DNA from: Leucoraja erinacea
Lineage: Eukaryota
Length of the DNA: 63,816 nucleotides
Assembly: GCF_028641065.1 (NCBI RefSeq)
Contig: NC_073381.1
Span: 25,358,001-25,421,816, forward strand
Direction of reading: 5' to 3'
Shown here: one piece after another, positions 12,348 to 24,537 of the stretch
Position numbering within the stretch: position 1 is the stretch's first letter
How the letters are laid out: every line of letters starts with the position of its first letter
Position numbers and translations under genes: made by a program
The notes under the pieces: generated by a model
The model's input: the letters and a program-made list of their open reading frames with translations, nothing else
The model's database searches: none
What the model was told of the DNA's origin: nothing

Positions 12348-13110
12348 ATAAATTACATGGTAAATGGTAGGGAATTGAAGAATGTAGGTGAACAGAGGGA
12401 TCTGGGAATAACTGTGCACAGTTCCCTGAAAGTGGAATCTCATGTAGATAGGGTGGTAAAGAAAGCTTTTGGTGTGCTGGCCTTTATAAATCAAAGCATT
12501 GAGTATAGAAGTTGGGCTGTAATGTTAAAATTGTACAAGGCATTGGTGAGGCCAATTCTGGAGTATGGTGTACAATTTTGGTCGCCTAATTATAGGAAGG
12601 ATTTCAACAAAATAGAGAGAGTACAGAGGAGATTTACTAGAATGTTGCCTGGGTTTCAGCAACTAAGTTACAGAGAAAGGTTGAACAAGTTAGGGCTTTA
12701 TTCTTTGGAGCGTAGAAGGTTAAGGGGGGACTTGATAGAGGTTTTTAAAATGATGAGAGGGATAGACAGAGTTGACGTGGAAAAGCTTTTCCCACTGAGA
12801 GTAGGGAAGATTCAAACAAGGGGACATGACTTGAGAATTAAGGGACTGAAGTTTAGGGGTAACATGAGGGGGAACTTCTTTACTCAGAGAGTGGTAGCTG
12901 TGTGGAATGAGCTTCCAGTGAAGGTGGTGGAGGCAGGTTCATTTTTATCATTTAAAAATAAATTGGATAGTTATATGGATGGGAAGGGAATGGAAGGTTA
13001 TGGTCTGAGCGCAGGTATATGGGACTAGGGGAGATTATGTGTTCGGCACGGACTAGAAGGGCCGAGATGGCCTGTTTCCGTGCTGTAATTGTTATATGGT
13101 TATATGGTTA
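12348..13110 (+). mobile_element. CR1 LINE, RT C-terminal region and 3' UTR
   Basis: ORF encodes QRDLGITVHSSLKV...LYKALVRPILEYGVQFWSP...ERRRLRGDLIEVFK; tail (GGTTATAT)n. Confidence 0.95.
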
Positions 13111-13429
13111 TCACCTGGGCTGTGATGGAGATGCAGAGGCAGAGCTTAACCACTCTTAGAATATGACATTTAACTGCCCTTTGCAACCACATATTGACTG
13201 CCCAAGGTTAGTTAATACTATTCAGTCTTCATTGTAATCCCTTTACATAGCCTGGAAGAGAAATATGGATAACTGAATGGAGAATAAAGCTCTGACCATC
13301 CTAGGCAAGATTAACCATCATCAAAGACAATCAGATTCAACCTGACCACCAGAAATAAAGTTCCCTCCACTCTTTCCCCAACCATGTACCTAACCCTATT
13401 GGCAATCTCACAAAACAAACCTCCGATCA

Positions 13430-13720
13430 ATCTGACCGTCCCCGTTTACAATTTGTCTCTGTTGGCTTTGTTGTTAACTTCTCCTAGCTGACAATGATCT
13501 ATTCTACATTTTCCTTGATCTCCATCCCCTTTGCCTCATTTTCCCACCTTGGACTTCCTTATCTCTGTAGCTCCCTCTGCCCTGACTCAGTTTGAAGAAG
13601 GGTCTCGACCCGAAACATCACCCATTCCTTCTATCCAGAGATGCTGCCTGTCCCGCTGAGTTACTCCAACAGTTTGTGTCTATCTTCGGTTCAAACCAGC
13701 ATCTGCAGTTCCTTCCTACT
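13430..13720 (+). mobile_element. Penelope-like element 3' repeat fragment
   Basis: Contains tgaagaagggtctcgacccgaaacatcacc...gatgctgcctgtcccgctgagttactcc...gcatctgcagttccttcc. Confidence 0.75.
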
Positions 13721-13917
13721 TATTAATTGTTAACATTTGTTAAAATTAACGTTTTCGATCATCGCATCCACTATTTCATTGCTTGAGAATGTCACCCATT
13801 TGATTTTTGATCGTTCATCGGAATTCGAGGGGATCCATCTACATATGGATGGTATTATTTCCTGGCTGTTATTCTACTAATGAGGAAGATAACATCAATA
13901 TTTGCATTCTGTTGCAG

Positions 13918-13989
13918 GTGAACCTGGGGAAAAAGGGGAGAAAGGAGAACCTGGAAGAATAGGAAAAGTTGGCCCACTTGGACAGTCAG
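13918..13989 (+). CDS. COLEC11: Collectin-11 collagen exon
   Basis: AG/GT bounded, 72 nt, phase 1; (G)EPGEKGEKGEPGRIGKVGPLGQS. Confidence 0.95.
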
Positions 13990-14526
13990 GTAACCAAACT
14001 GGGTCTTTTGCATTTACTTTAATATCTGATTCGTATATCTTCTGCATGCCACGCATTGCATACAATATCCACTGTAAAAATTACCAGAACTTGTCCATAT
14101 ATTTATTTTGATGCCAAACTATCCTGCAATAACGTGGTGTTCCATTGTTTCTCACAAAGGAACCAAAAGGAAAAAGGGAAAATGGATGTAATTTTATGCT
14201 AGTGATTTTTTAAAATTCCATTTTACTCGTTTCCAATCTGGGATTTAGGTGGAGATGCTTTAGCAAAGAAACTTTAGGTATTTTATTTGCTGCAGAATCG
14301 ATGAATGTGTCTAAATGCCCAACTAGATTCTAAAAATAAGTTTGATTGAATAAACATATAATTAACAATTGAAGTATTTGTCAAAGTTTTAATTTAATTT
14401 TTCTAATATAAATTAAAAATAAGATAATGTCAATAACGACACCTAAATCTGGGCTGGGTAAGAATAAATTCCATCAAGAACTGAGCTTAATTCCAGATCT
14501 TAAAAATGCTTTTAGGGTTTCTATTA

Positions 14527-15419
14527 ACATAGAAACATAGAAATTAGGTGCAGGAGTAGGCCATTCGGCCCTTCGAGCCTGCACCGCCATTCAATATGAT
14601 CATGGCTGATCATCCAACTCAGTATCCCGTACCTGCCTTCTCTCCATACCCCCTGATCCCCTTAGCCACAAGGGCCACATCTAACTCCCTCTTAAATATA
14701 GCCAATGAACTGGCCTCAACTACCCTCTGTGGCAGAGAGTTCCAGAGATTCACCACTCTCTGTGTGAAAAAAGTTCTTCTCATCTCGGTTTTAAAGGATT
14801 TCCCCCTTATCCTTAAGCTGTGACCCCTTGTCCTGGACTTCCCTAACATCGGGAACAATCTTCCTGCATCTAGCCTGTCCAACCCCTTAAGAATTTTGTA
14901 AGTTTCTATAAGATCCCCTCTCATTCTCCTAAATTCTAGAGAGTATAAACCAAGTCTATCCAGTCTTTCCTCATAAGACAGTCCTGACATCCCAGGAATC
15001 AGTCTGGTGAACCGTCTCTGCACTCCCTCTATCAACGTGGCAGATGGCACAATGGGCTAAGTGTTCGGCTGGCGACCGGTAGGTAGCCGGTTCGAATCCC
15101 GCTTGGAGTGCATACTGTCGTTGTGTCCTTGGGGCAAGACACTTCACCCACCTTTGCCTGTGTGTAATGTAATGTAATTATGTGAAGCACTTTGGGGTCA
15201 ATGCAAGTTGACTGAAAATGTGCTATATAAATAAGATTATTATTATTAATAATGTACGGCGGCAGGCGCGGGCACACCGCGACGCCCTGTGTCTCCCTTT
15301 CAAGGGAGATGCTAAAAATGCATTTCGTTGTCTCTGTACTGTACACTGACAATGACAATAAATTGAATCATTTCATTTCATTTCATTTATATGGCAATAA
15401 TGTCCTTCCTCAGATTAGG
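14527..15419 (-). mobile_element. CR1 LINE 3' part interrupted by a composite insertion at 15033-15389
   Basis: Encodes IEGVQRRFTRLIPGMSGLSYEERL...; the sequence resumes as tatggcaataatgtcc after the insert. Confidence 0.9.
15033..15250 (+). mobile_element. tRNA-derived SINE with L2-like tail
   Basis: A box TGGCACAATGGG, B box GGTTCGAATCCC, core gtgtccttggggcaagacact, tail gtgaagcactttggg...gctatataaata(att)n. Confidence 0.85.
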
Positions 15420-16393
15420 CTATTAAGTATTGACAAAGCTACTTTAAATTCTGGAGAAGTGTGAAAAATTCATTAATGCAAATGAGTCAAAAATGTCTAG
15501 AGTTTTAGAGACCCCATCATTGATTTTTTTTAACATATTGACAAGAGGATTTTGTTTTGATTGGCAGATGCTAAAAAATCTCAATAATTATGCAATATTT
15601 TTCCCCAAGAGAAGTAACTATCCCCCTCTGTTGAAAAAGAGTTCCATCAGATTTGTCGATGTAAGTTAGCTCATTGAATTGGAAACCCCCCTGGATATGA
15701 TTGAAAATTATTTTCAATTAAAGCTCTTGCTGGCTGTGAAAGCATAATCTAATCCTATCTGTGTAAGACAGGTTGAAATCAAAGTGTCAGGGAACTAAAT
15801 ATGAAATTCTTGAGTGTGAATGTCAGCTTCATTGAAAACATTTATATTATTTTCTAAACATGAAAACTTGCATTAAAATTCCTGTCACGTTAATGATAGC
15901 GAGTCAAAAACATGGGCTGCTCACCCTGTTCAAAGTTAAATGTCGACACATACTTAATATCTATTCTGGCTAGTTCTTCATTGATAGAAAACTTACTTGT
16001 ACAATATAAAACTTGCTTATGACTTGTTAACATTTACTATTAATGTATATTATATGATGTAAAATGTATAAGCACTTTCATTTTTCAACAATACATGAGC
16101 AGCACAAATTTTGGTATTGAAAAGATGACCAGTAACAAGTTTAGTTTATTGTCATGTGTACCGAGGTACAGTGAAAAGCTTTTATTGCGTGCTATCTAGT
16201 CAGCAGAAAGACAATACATGATTACAATCGGGCTATTTAGCGTGTAGATGCATGGAAAGGGAATAACGTTTAGTGCAAGGTAAAGCCAACGAAGTCTGAT
16301 CAATGATAGTCCGAAGATCACCAAAGAGGTAGATAGCAGTTCAGCACTGCTCTCTCGTTGTGGTAGGATGATTCAGTTGCCTAATCGAAGTAA

Positions 16394-16732
16394 AGCCCCT
16401 GTCCCACTGTGCGAGGTAATTCAAGAGTTCTCCCGAGTTGCTCTGATTTGAACTCGGAGAATTACAGTAATGGCCGTTCGTAGGTACTCGGGGCTCTCGT
16501 GGACATTTTCCAACATGTTTTTCAACATGTTGCAACATGTTGAAAAATCTTCAGGAGTCTTCCCGGGCTTACCGCGTTTCCCAAGTACCTGCTGTTAGCG
16601 ATACGAGCCGCTAAGAGATGTCCCCGAGCTCCAATGTATCCGCTACGTACTTTCTACATGCTTCCACGAGTTTGATTTTTTTAAAAAAACTCTGGAGTAC
16701 TCTTGAATGAATTCCTACAGTGGGACAGGGCT
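16394..16732. mobile_element. PIF/Harbinger-type MITE
   Basis: TIR AGCCCCTGTCCCACTGT / ACAGTGGGACAGGGCT, flanked by TAA and TTA; homologous to 38719-39048. Confidence 0.85.
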
Positions 16733-17763
16733 TTATGGACAGATCTGAGAGGCGTTTAAGAAGATTATAGTTAAAGTAAGAAATGGTGCTATGGGGATGG
16801 AGATTTACTGTAAGAGTGTGGAGTGATTGTAATATACGTTTGTAGATCTGCTTCTGTGGCTCACACTAATAGTCATCTGGATTGGGTGCCATCTTGGATC
16901 AGACTGTTAATTATTGCAACAGTTCAACATTATTTTTCCCGGTTTATGTGTTTTGTTACTTTAACCTGCTGCAAACTTAGTGTAAACAGAATGTAAAGTG
17001 TCATGGACACTACCTTTTCTTGACACTTAAATGCGTGTTGGTTATATGAACTCATGGCTAATCTGATTTAATTGATTCAAATGGAGAGAGCGTGTCACCT
17101 TTGGAGTTTAATCAGAGCATGTGCGGGGTGTTGCAGGTCGAATGCAAGGGGTATATAGTTAATGGCAAGACCCTTAACAGCAATGATGTATAGAGGGATC
17201 CTGAGGTCCGTCCATAACTTGTGTATGGTAGAGACATAAGGGACTAAAGGGCCTGTTCCTGTGCTGTATTGTTCTATGTTTATGCTGCCTGGTTTTTCAA
17301 TAGTTTTAGTGTCCAGCTGGCATTAACTGTTTTGTTTATTGACTTGAACACTATGGTGAGTGGCCTGCTCCAGTTACAGGCAACCTGTACAATTTAAAGA
17401 TAGATTGCACCTCTCAAGTAGGAGAAGGATTGTGGGTTGGAGCAGTTGCAAGAAGCGAATCTCACTTGGGGAAACATTGAAAACATTGACACAACATGGG
17501 AGACAGTGAGCTTCAAGGTTTTCAGATGTTGCAGTGGAAGCCTTGGTATAGCCAGCCTACAGAACAATTAAGTCCTTCTCAAAGCAGAGTAGGCACACTT
17601 AGGCTGTGGAAGAGCACTGCAGAATTCAGTGGCAGGAATCGTCCAAAGCATGTAGAATCAGTCCCTCCAGCGGACCTCGCATCAGAAGTTAATGGCAGTG
17701 AACGCATCTTCAAATACCATCGCAACCCCAATGTTACCATTCCAGCACATTACCAATTTGATT

Positions 17764-18455
17764 CATAGAAATATAGAAAATAGGTGCAGTAGGCCATTCG
17801 GCCCTTCAAGCCTGCACTGCCATTCAATATGATCATGGCTGATCATCCAACTCGGTATCCTGTACCTGCCTTCTCTCCATACCCCCTGATCCCTTTAGCC
17901 ACAAGGGCCACATCTAACTCTCTCTTAAATATAGCCAATGAACTGGCCTCAACTAACTTCTGTGGCAGAGAATTCCACAGATTCACCACTCTCTGTGTAA
18001 AAAATGATTTTCTCATCTTGGTCCTAAAAGACCCCTCTTATCCTTAAACTGTGACCCCCTTGTTCTGGATTTCCCCAACATCGGGAATAATCTTCCTGCA
18101 TCCAGCCTGTCTAACCCCTTAAGAATTTTGTAAGTTTCTATAAGATCCTCCCTCAATCTTCTAAATTATAGCGAGTACAAGCCGAGTCTATCTAGTCTTT
18201 GTTCATATGAAAGTCCTGACATCCCAGGAATCAGTCTGGTGAACCTTCTCTGTACTCCCTCTATGGTACGAATGTCTTTCCTCAGATTTGGAGACAAAAA
18301 CTGTACGCGATACTCCAGGTGTGGTCTCACCAAAAATGATTTTCTTATCTCGGTCCTAAAAGACTTCCCCCCCCTTATCCTTAAACTGTGACCCCTTATT
18401 GTGGACTTCCCTAACATCGGGAACAATCCTCCTGCATCTAGCCTGTCCAACCCCT
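17764..18455 (-). mobile_element. CR1 LINE fragment with internal duplication
   Basis: Encodes LVRPHLEYRVQFLSPNLRKD; 18332-18455 repeats ~17998-18118. Confidence 0.9.
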
Positions 18456-18806
18456 CATGTCCATCATTGGTTGGTCACACAATTGTCAGACTTAGCTGGA
18501 TTGTGAACATCACACCTGCATCACGGAACGTAACCTCAATACCAGCTTTTCAATCAAGAGAGCAAAAGCCTGCAGATTTGAAGGCACAGGAACAATCGGA
18601 AATGGACATAAATCCAGGTCTTGTCACCTGTGTCGAACATAGAACAGTGCCGCACAGAAAAAGGCCCTTGAGCCCAGGAGCAGAAATCACTAGCAAAACA
18701 TGGGGGGGGGCACAATTTCTTAGCGGCCGCGTGCATGCGCGCACACACACACACACACACATGCACACGCGAGGCTTCGGAGGTTTCGGCCGTGGGCCAT
18801 GTGGAC

Positions 18807-18832
18807 CAAAGAACATAGAGCTATGATCTTTG
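18807..18832. mobile_element. 26-bp collapsed hAT element (TIR stubs only)
   Basis: ATGTGGAC|CAAAGAACATAGAGCTATGATCTTTG|CTGTGGAC; same termini as 50179-52460. Confidence 0.7.
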
Positions 18833-18981
18833 CTGTGGACAGTAATATCTGGAGCTGACCTGGTTGGTCTCTGACCCCGAACTCCAGCAACAGCAATTTC
18901 GTCCGCCCCGAATCGTGAGGCCCGTTCGCGGGGCCTTTCAGCGACCAGAGCAGCTTAAAATCGGCCAGCGGGGGCTTCAAC

Positions 18982-19425
18982 CAAAGATCTTATAGCAGAG
19001 CAAGTTGGGCTACTCCTGCGAAATGCAATGGGCTGACGTGTAGTACGCTATGGAGGGGATCCTGGGCATTTTTCCACGCCCATTTTAGCAACCTGAGCCT
19101 ACCTGATCCGACCCGAGTCGCAGTAAAACAATGTTGCGGGGCAACAGTTTGTGTGGGTTAGATTCATAAATCTGTCAGTTCATACTTCTTGTCAAGAATA
19201 AAATTTGACTTTGGTAATTGTCTTTTTTAATGTTTTTTAAATCATTTCTTTTTAAATGGCTCACAAGCAATGTTTGAGTTGATTTTGTAGTAACCAGAAC
19301 CGACCCGACTCGCAGGGTAATTGACATTGCGGGGGAACTTTTTGTGTGTGATATAGGGTTAGATTCATAATTCTGTTAGTTCATAATTCTGTTAATTCTT
19401 GTTAAAGAATAAAATGTTTATAAAC
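18982..19425. mobile_element. Truncated hAT-family element (one end only)
   Basis: Starts CAAAGATCTTATAGCAGAGCAAG, similar to the TIR at 50179; contains internal duplicated blocks (ccgacccgagtcgcag...gcgggg). Confidence 0.55.
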
Positions 19426-20791
19426 ACACATACATAAGCTCAGCCCACAGTGTCCAGTCTGAACATGATGCCAAGTTAAACTAATCTCTCTGTCTGCACA
19501 TGATCTACTATATCACTCGATTCCCTTCATATCCATGTGCCTATCTAAAAGCCTTTTAAATGCCACTATTATGCTACCTCCACCATTAACCCAGGTACCC
19601 ACCATTCTCCGTGTGTATTAAAAATAAACTTGGGCCATAAATCTATAAATTTTGCACCTCTCAGTTTAAAGCTATGCTCTCTAGCCTTCAACATTTCCAT
19701 GCTGGGAAAAGGTTTCTGACTGTCGTAGAATTTTATAGACTTTTATCAGGTCACCCCAGATCTTCGTGAAACCGATCGCTTGGAACTAGCTTAGCAGTGG
19801 CGGTGATTAGCTTAGCACACTGAGACCCAATGTGTTGCATCGCTGGTCTCATGACTCATTGTTCCTGGGCTCTGCAGTGGATGCTCAATCACCTGTGGTA
19901 GAACACGGTCCCACACGGGAAAAGAAAGGAATTCCTCCACTTCCGTGCTCTGTTGATGTGTGACCATCGGTTGTGAATCATGGAGATGAATTTCCAACAT
20001 CCAAGCAGCTGTGCATTCTGTTTCACTTTCAGACAGAACATTACCAGCCTGATTTCACCTGGTACAACAATGGAAAGGTTGCTATTGAGCTTGATGATGA
20101 CTTTGATCTGTGTCTCGCACACGCGTGTGGCCTACATACATCAAAGGTCGCGAGCAATGTAGTGAAGCAGACCATTGATGGCGTATCGAATCCACTGTGT
20201 GGACCACTCAAGAGTCAAGAGTATTTAATTGTCATACGTACTGACAATGGACAATGAAATTCTTACTTGCAGTAGTTTAATAGACCTACAAACGCAATAG
20301 ACACAGCTAAATAGCACTTAAAATAAATCAGTAAATAACAACTGTAATACTAGGCAAAAAAAAAGAAGTCTTTAGTGCACTCAAAGAAACAGTTTATAGA
20401 GTTTCATAGTTGGTGAGGCTAGTGTTGTGTAGTGTTCAAGAGCCTGAGGGTTACTTGGAAGAAGCTGTTTTTGAACCTGGTGGTCACGGTTCTTCATCTC
20501 CTGTACCGATTTTGCGATGGTAATAGCAAAATAAGCGCATGGCTAGAGTGGTGTGCTTTTTTTTAAATGATATTAGCTCCCTTTTTCAGGCAGCCCCTCC
20601 TGCAGATCCCTTCAGTGACGGGAAGGTCAGTGGAATGGAATGGGCATACAACCTTGTAATCTTCTTTGTTTCTGAGTTTTCGAGTTGGAGTCCATTGGAC
20701 TCTTGCAGTGCTTGACGAAGCAGATATCAGGATGAGTGCATTACGTCACATGACCTTACCATCATGAGATAACAATCGTTGCCACCAGCTT

Positions 20792-21032
20792 TACACAGAG
20801 AGTGGTGAATCTCTGGAACTCTCTGCCACAGAGGGTAGTTGAGGCCAGTTCATTGGCTATATTTAAGAGGGAGTTTGATGTGGCCCTTGTGGCTAAGGGG
20901 ATTAGGGGGTATGGAGAGAAGACAGGTACGGGATACTGAATTGGATGATCAGCCATGATCATATTGAATGGCGGTGCAGGCTCGAAGGGCCGAATGGCCT
21001 ACTCCTCCAACTAATTTCTATGTTTCCATGTT
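20792..21032 (+). mobile_element. CR1 LINE 3' fragment
   Basis: cacagagagtggtgaatctctgg...ctaatttctatgttt. Confidence 0.9.
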
Positions 21033-21464
21033 TACAGCAATCAGGAGTGGAAGTACAGGGGTGGAAGTGGAAGCAGTAAGGATAGCTCAAGAACCACCAG
21101 TTGTCACACAGCATGGCACTGGCCCTTCCGCCCACATAACCTATGCCAATCCATTTACATTATTGTGTTAGGTCCAAATATCAAGGGGCATCGATCTGAG
21201 AAAAAGATGGAATTGACATGTATGTCAGCCATGATACAACTGAATAGCAAGTAAGTAAGTTTATTGGCCAAGTATTCACATACAAGGAATTTGCCTTGGT
21301 GCTCTGCCCACAAGTAGTGTCAGAAATTAATCTGTTATCAATTCCATCTCTCTCACTGCTTGTAAAAGTCAAGGAGAAAATTGCACACTGCTTATTTGTA
21401 ACTAAACAAAATCTGAATTGATTGAAATGAAGATGACTAATTCTAGTGTAACTTTGTGCACTGA

Positions 21465-21952
21465 GACCCCTAGAGCTATGCCAGGGGGAGATTCGTCTCC
21501 TGTTAGGGTCTCCCATGCTGGGTAGAGGCGAGACGAAGAGTGACACTACTGGGCGTGATGGACTTCCTGGGCTATCGACAGATGCTAGGATGAATGAAGA
21601 ATCTTTAGAATATTTTGGCCAAACACCATATCCAACCAAGATCTCCTTGCTCAATGCCGACAAGAGACCATGGACACCATCATCATGAGAAGGTGCTTGA
21701 ACTGGATTGGTCATATACTGACAAGAGAACCAGACAACATCCCAAGAATAGCCCTGCACTGGACACTGGAAGGGAAAAGGAAAAGAGGGAGACCCAAAAC
21801 CACCTGGCATTGAACTGTAGAGGAGGAAATTAAAACAATGGACCTGACCTGGGGTAGTGTCCAGAAGCTAGTCCAGAACAGACAGGAGTGGAGGACCTTT
21901 GTTGTTGCCCTACATGCCAGGAGGCATAATAGGCAGTAAGTAAGTAAGTACG
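21465..21952 (+). mobile_element. Bipartite non-autonomous RTE element
   Basis: The 3' part translates to LRIFWPNTISNQDLL..WIGHIL..PRIALHWTLEGKRKRGRPKTTW, followed by an (AGTA)n tail. TSD TTTGTGYACTGA at 21453-21464 and 21953-21964. Confidence 0.85.
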
Positions 21953-21979
21953 TTTGTGTACTGAATAACTAAGAATCCA

Positions 21980-22172
21980 AGATAGACACAAAATGCTGGA
22001 GTAACTCAGGGTCAGGCAGCATCTCTGGAGAAAAAAGATGGGCAACGTTTCGGGTCAGAACCCTTCTTCAGACTCATCCTTTTTCTCCAGAGCTGCCTGA
22101 CCCGCTGAGTTACTCTGACATTTTGTGTCCATCTTTGGTATAAACCAGTATAATAAGGTAGTTCCTTTCTAC
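21980..22172. mobile_element. Palindromic Penelope-derived element with intact minimal hammerhead core on the minus strand (22040-22074)
   Basis: Minus strand reads AGTCTGAAGAAGGGTTCTGACCCGAAACGTTGCCC. Confidence 0.8.
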
Positions 22173-22807
22173 ACAGACTATGAATCCAATGCACTTATAT
22201 AAAAGTTGGGATATTTAAATCTGCTTGCGGCCTGGATAATCAGCAAATCATTTTTCAGTGACTTTGGAACTCAGAAAAAGTGAACTATTTCCCACAAGCT
22301 GTGCCTCTTTGTTTGTACCTCCCAAGCAGTCGAACCGCCACTGCGTGTCATTTGATCATAAATTAACCTTGAAATGTCATTAGCTCACCAGCTACAACAT
22401 GCGCTTGTTTAAGAGACCACTGCTTGTAAGTGGTCTGGCACTGTGCTTCAAATAAAGGACAGGAGGTCACCACTAGCATAGCCAGAGAACATATCTAATG
22501 ACTAGCTGCTTATTCCATGTGTTTATAAGTATTTGTATTTATGGATCAAATGTCAGTTTTTTAAATTATTTCTGTTTAAATCTGTGGACCTCCAAAGTTT
22601 TGGAACAAAAGTTCAAACCTCAGCTATAGCTACGTTTTAGCAGAAGTGTTGAGGCAGATCTAGCAGTATGACAGTCATTAACTCGCTTTCTATAAAGCAT
22701 GAGAACACTGTTGCAGTGTGTTCAGCCATTTCAAAGCGCTCTGAGTCCCCATCAACTCCAGTTTCTTCTACGCTAATGTTCCAAGATTCACTACCTAATG
22801 CAGATAT

Positions 22808-23098
22808 AGTTTAGAGATACAGCACGGGAACAGGCCCTTTGGCCCATTGAGTCTGTGCCGAACAACGATCACTCCATAAACTAGCGTTATCCTAGACACT
22901 AGGGACAATTTACAATTTTTACCAAACACAATTAACCTAAAAACCTGTACATCTTTGGAGTGTGAGGAAACCGGAGCACCTGGAGAGAACCCATGTGGTC
23001 ACAGACAGAACATACAGACCACACCCGTTGTCAGGATCGAACCCGGGACTCTGGAACTATAAGGCAGCAACTCTACTGTTGTGCCACTGTGCCACCAC
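22808..23098 (-). mobile_element. V-SINE (HE1-like), near full length
   Basis: tRNA-like head (gtggcacagtggcacaacagtagagttgctgcc, gggttcgatcc) and CR1-derived tail (aaagggcctgttcccgtgctgtatctctaaact). Confidence 0.9.
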
Positions 23099-23501
23099 TA
23101 ATTGCTTGAATATTTTTTAGACAAGTTGCAGAGGTTAATTGGCTGGATTCTCCACATCTGCCATTATGATAGAAGGAAAATAACAGCTTGGCAATGAATG
23201 CCACTCATATTCTTTTTTAATTGGTGTTGGTTAAAACCATGTAAGGGAAAAAGCTTAGTCCAAAAAGTGACTGCTGCTAATTTTTAGTCAAATTAATCTA
23301 CAACACATGGATAATTTCTAGAAACCGCCACCTTCAGTTTTGCAAAGTGCCTTTTTTACGAATACCTATCTAACTGGTCATGCTTCTGTGCATACATGAC
23401 ATAATTCTAGGGGTGCTGCTGATGAGGCTTGTAGATTTATGGATCAAATTTATTTATACTACTTGAAGTGTTTTTGTTTACATGTAAGATCAAAATAAAC
23501 A

Positions 23502-23614
23502 GTAGGCGGCGCGACTCTCGTCAGCAGCGGCCTCTGCAGCCCGTCTGCGTTTTTATTATTTTTTTGTCTATGTTTTTATATAGTTTTTGTTATTTTTTGT
23601 TGGGGTATGTGTGT

Positions 23615-23659
<45 letters not shown>

Positions 23660-24385
23660 GGGAGGGAGGGGGGGTAACTTTTAAATCTCTCCCTGCACGG
23701 GAGACCCAACCTTTTCTTTGTAGGGTCTCCGTTGTCGTTGGGGCTGCAACGAAGAATGGCCTCCAACAGGAAGACCGGGGGCTCTGGTGCTGACTACTCA
23801 CCTCACCGTCGCAGAGCTGGCCGAGTCCAGAGCGGGTGGAGCGGTGGTGGAGCGCTGCTGCCGCCCGACCTCCGGGGATTCGGAGGCTGCAACTGCGGGT
23901 CTGGCGGACGGCGGCACCGGGAGCCCGCGGGTCCCTGGAGGGAGACGCTTTTCAGGGCTCCCGCAACGGCGACTTCTCCCGCCCGAGTTGCGGGGTCGAA
24001 GAGCACCTGGAGCGGGGCCTTACAGCACCGCCCCGTGCGGCTTGGAATGGCCGCGGGACTCTGCGAGCGCACGCCGGGGGCTCTAACATCAAGAACCCGG
24101 TGTGCGACCTTGCATCACCCGGCGTGGCTTTAATGGCCGCGGGACAATCGCCATCGCCAGTCGGGGGCTTTGACTTTGACTCTGACATCGGGGAGGGAGA
24201 GTGCAGTGGAGAGATAAGTTTTTTTTGGCCTTCCATCACAGCAATGTGATGGATGTTTATGTAAATTATGTTGTGTCTTGGGTCTATTTGTTTGTAATGT
24301 ATGGCTGCAGAAACGTCATTTTATTTGGACCTCAAGGGGTCCAAATGACAAATAAATTGTATCTTGTATCTTATCTATCTATCTT
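23502..24385 (+). mobile_element. GC-rich non-autonomous retroposon (unclassified family)
   Basis: Full-length homologue in reverse at 60661-61535; 3' hairpin atttggacctc..gggtccaaat followed by gacaaataaa and a microsatellite tail. Confidence 0.8.
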
Positions 24386-24537
24386 TGTTCATATTTCCTA
24401 GTAAAAAACGAACAGTAAATATACTCTTGATAATCACAGACATTTCCGATTTTTGTTTGGAGGGGGTGTAGAAATGAGTCCCTTGAAATGGGAAAGATTG
24501 TGTTGAATACTCTCTGATTTTTTTTTTCTTCTTCTAG

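Noticed and set aside
12279-13028. 249-aa ORF as a host gene
   Set aside because: It is the C-terminal part of a CR1 RT in a 5'-truncated LINE; the apparent start lies in the adjacent solo LTR.
15038-15110. tRNA gene
   Set aside because: A/B boxes are present, but it continues into a SINE core and LINE-like tail, with no proper acceptor stem or terminator.
19770-20205. Unique-looking segment with short ORFs on both strands
   Set aside because: No recognisable motif or splice structure; probably a decayed repeat, and it cannot be assigned.
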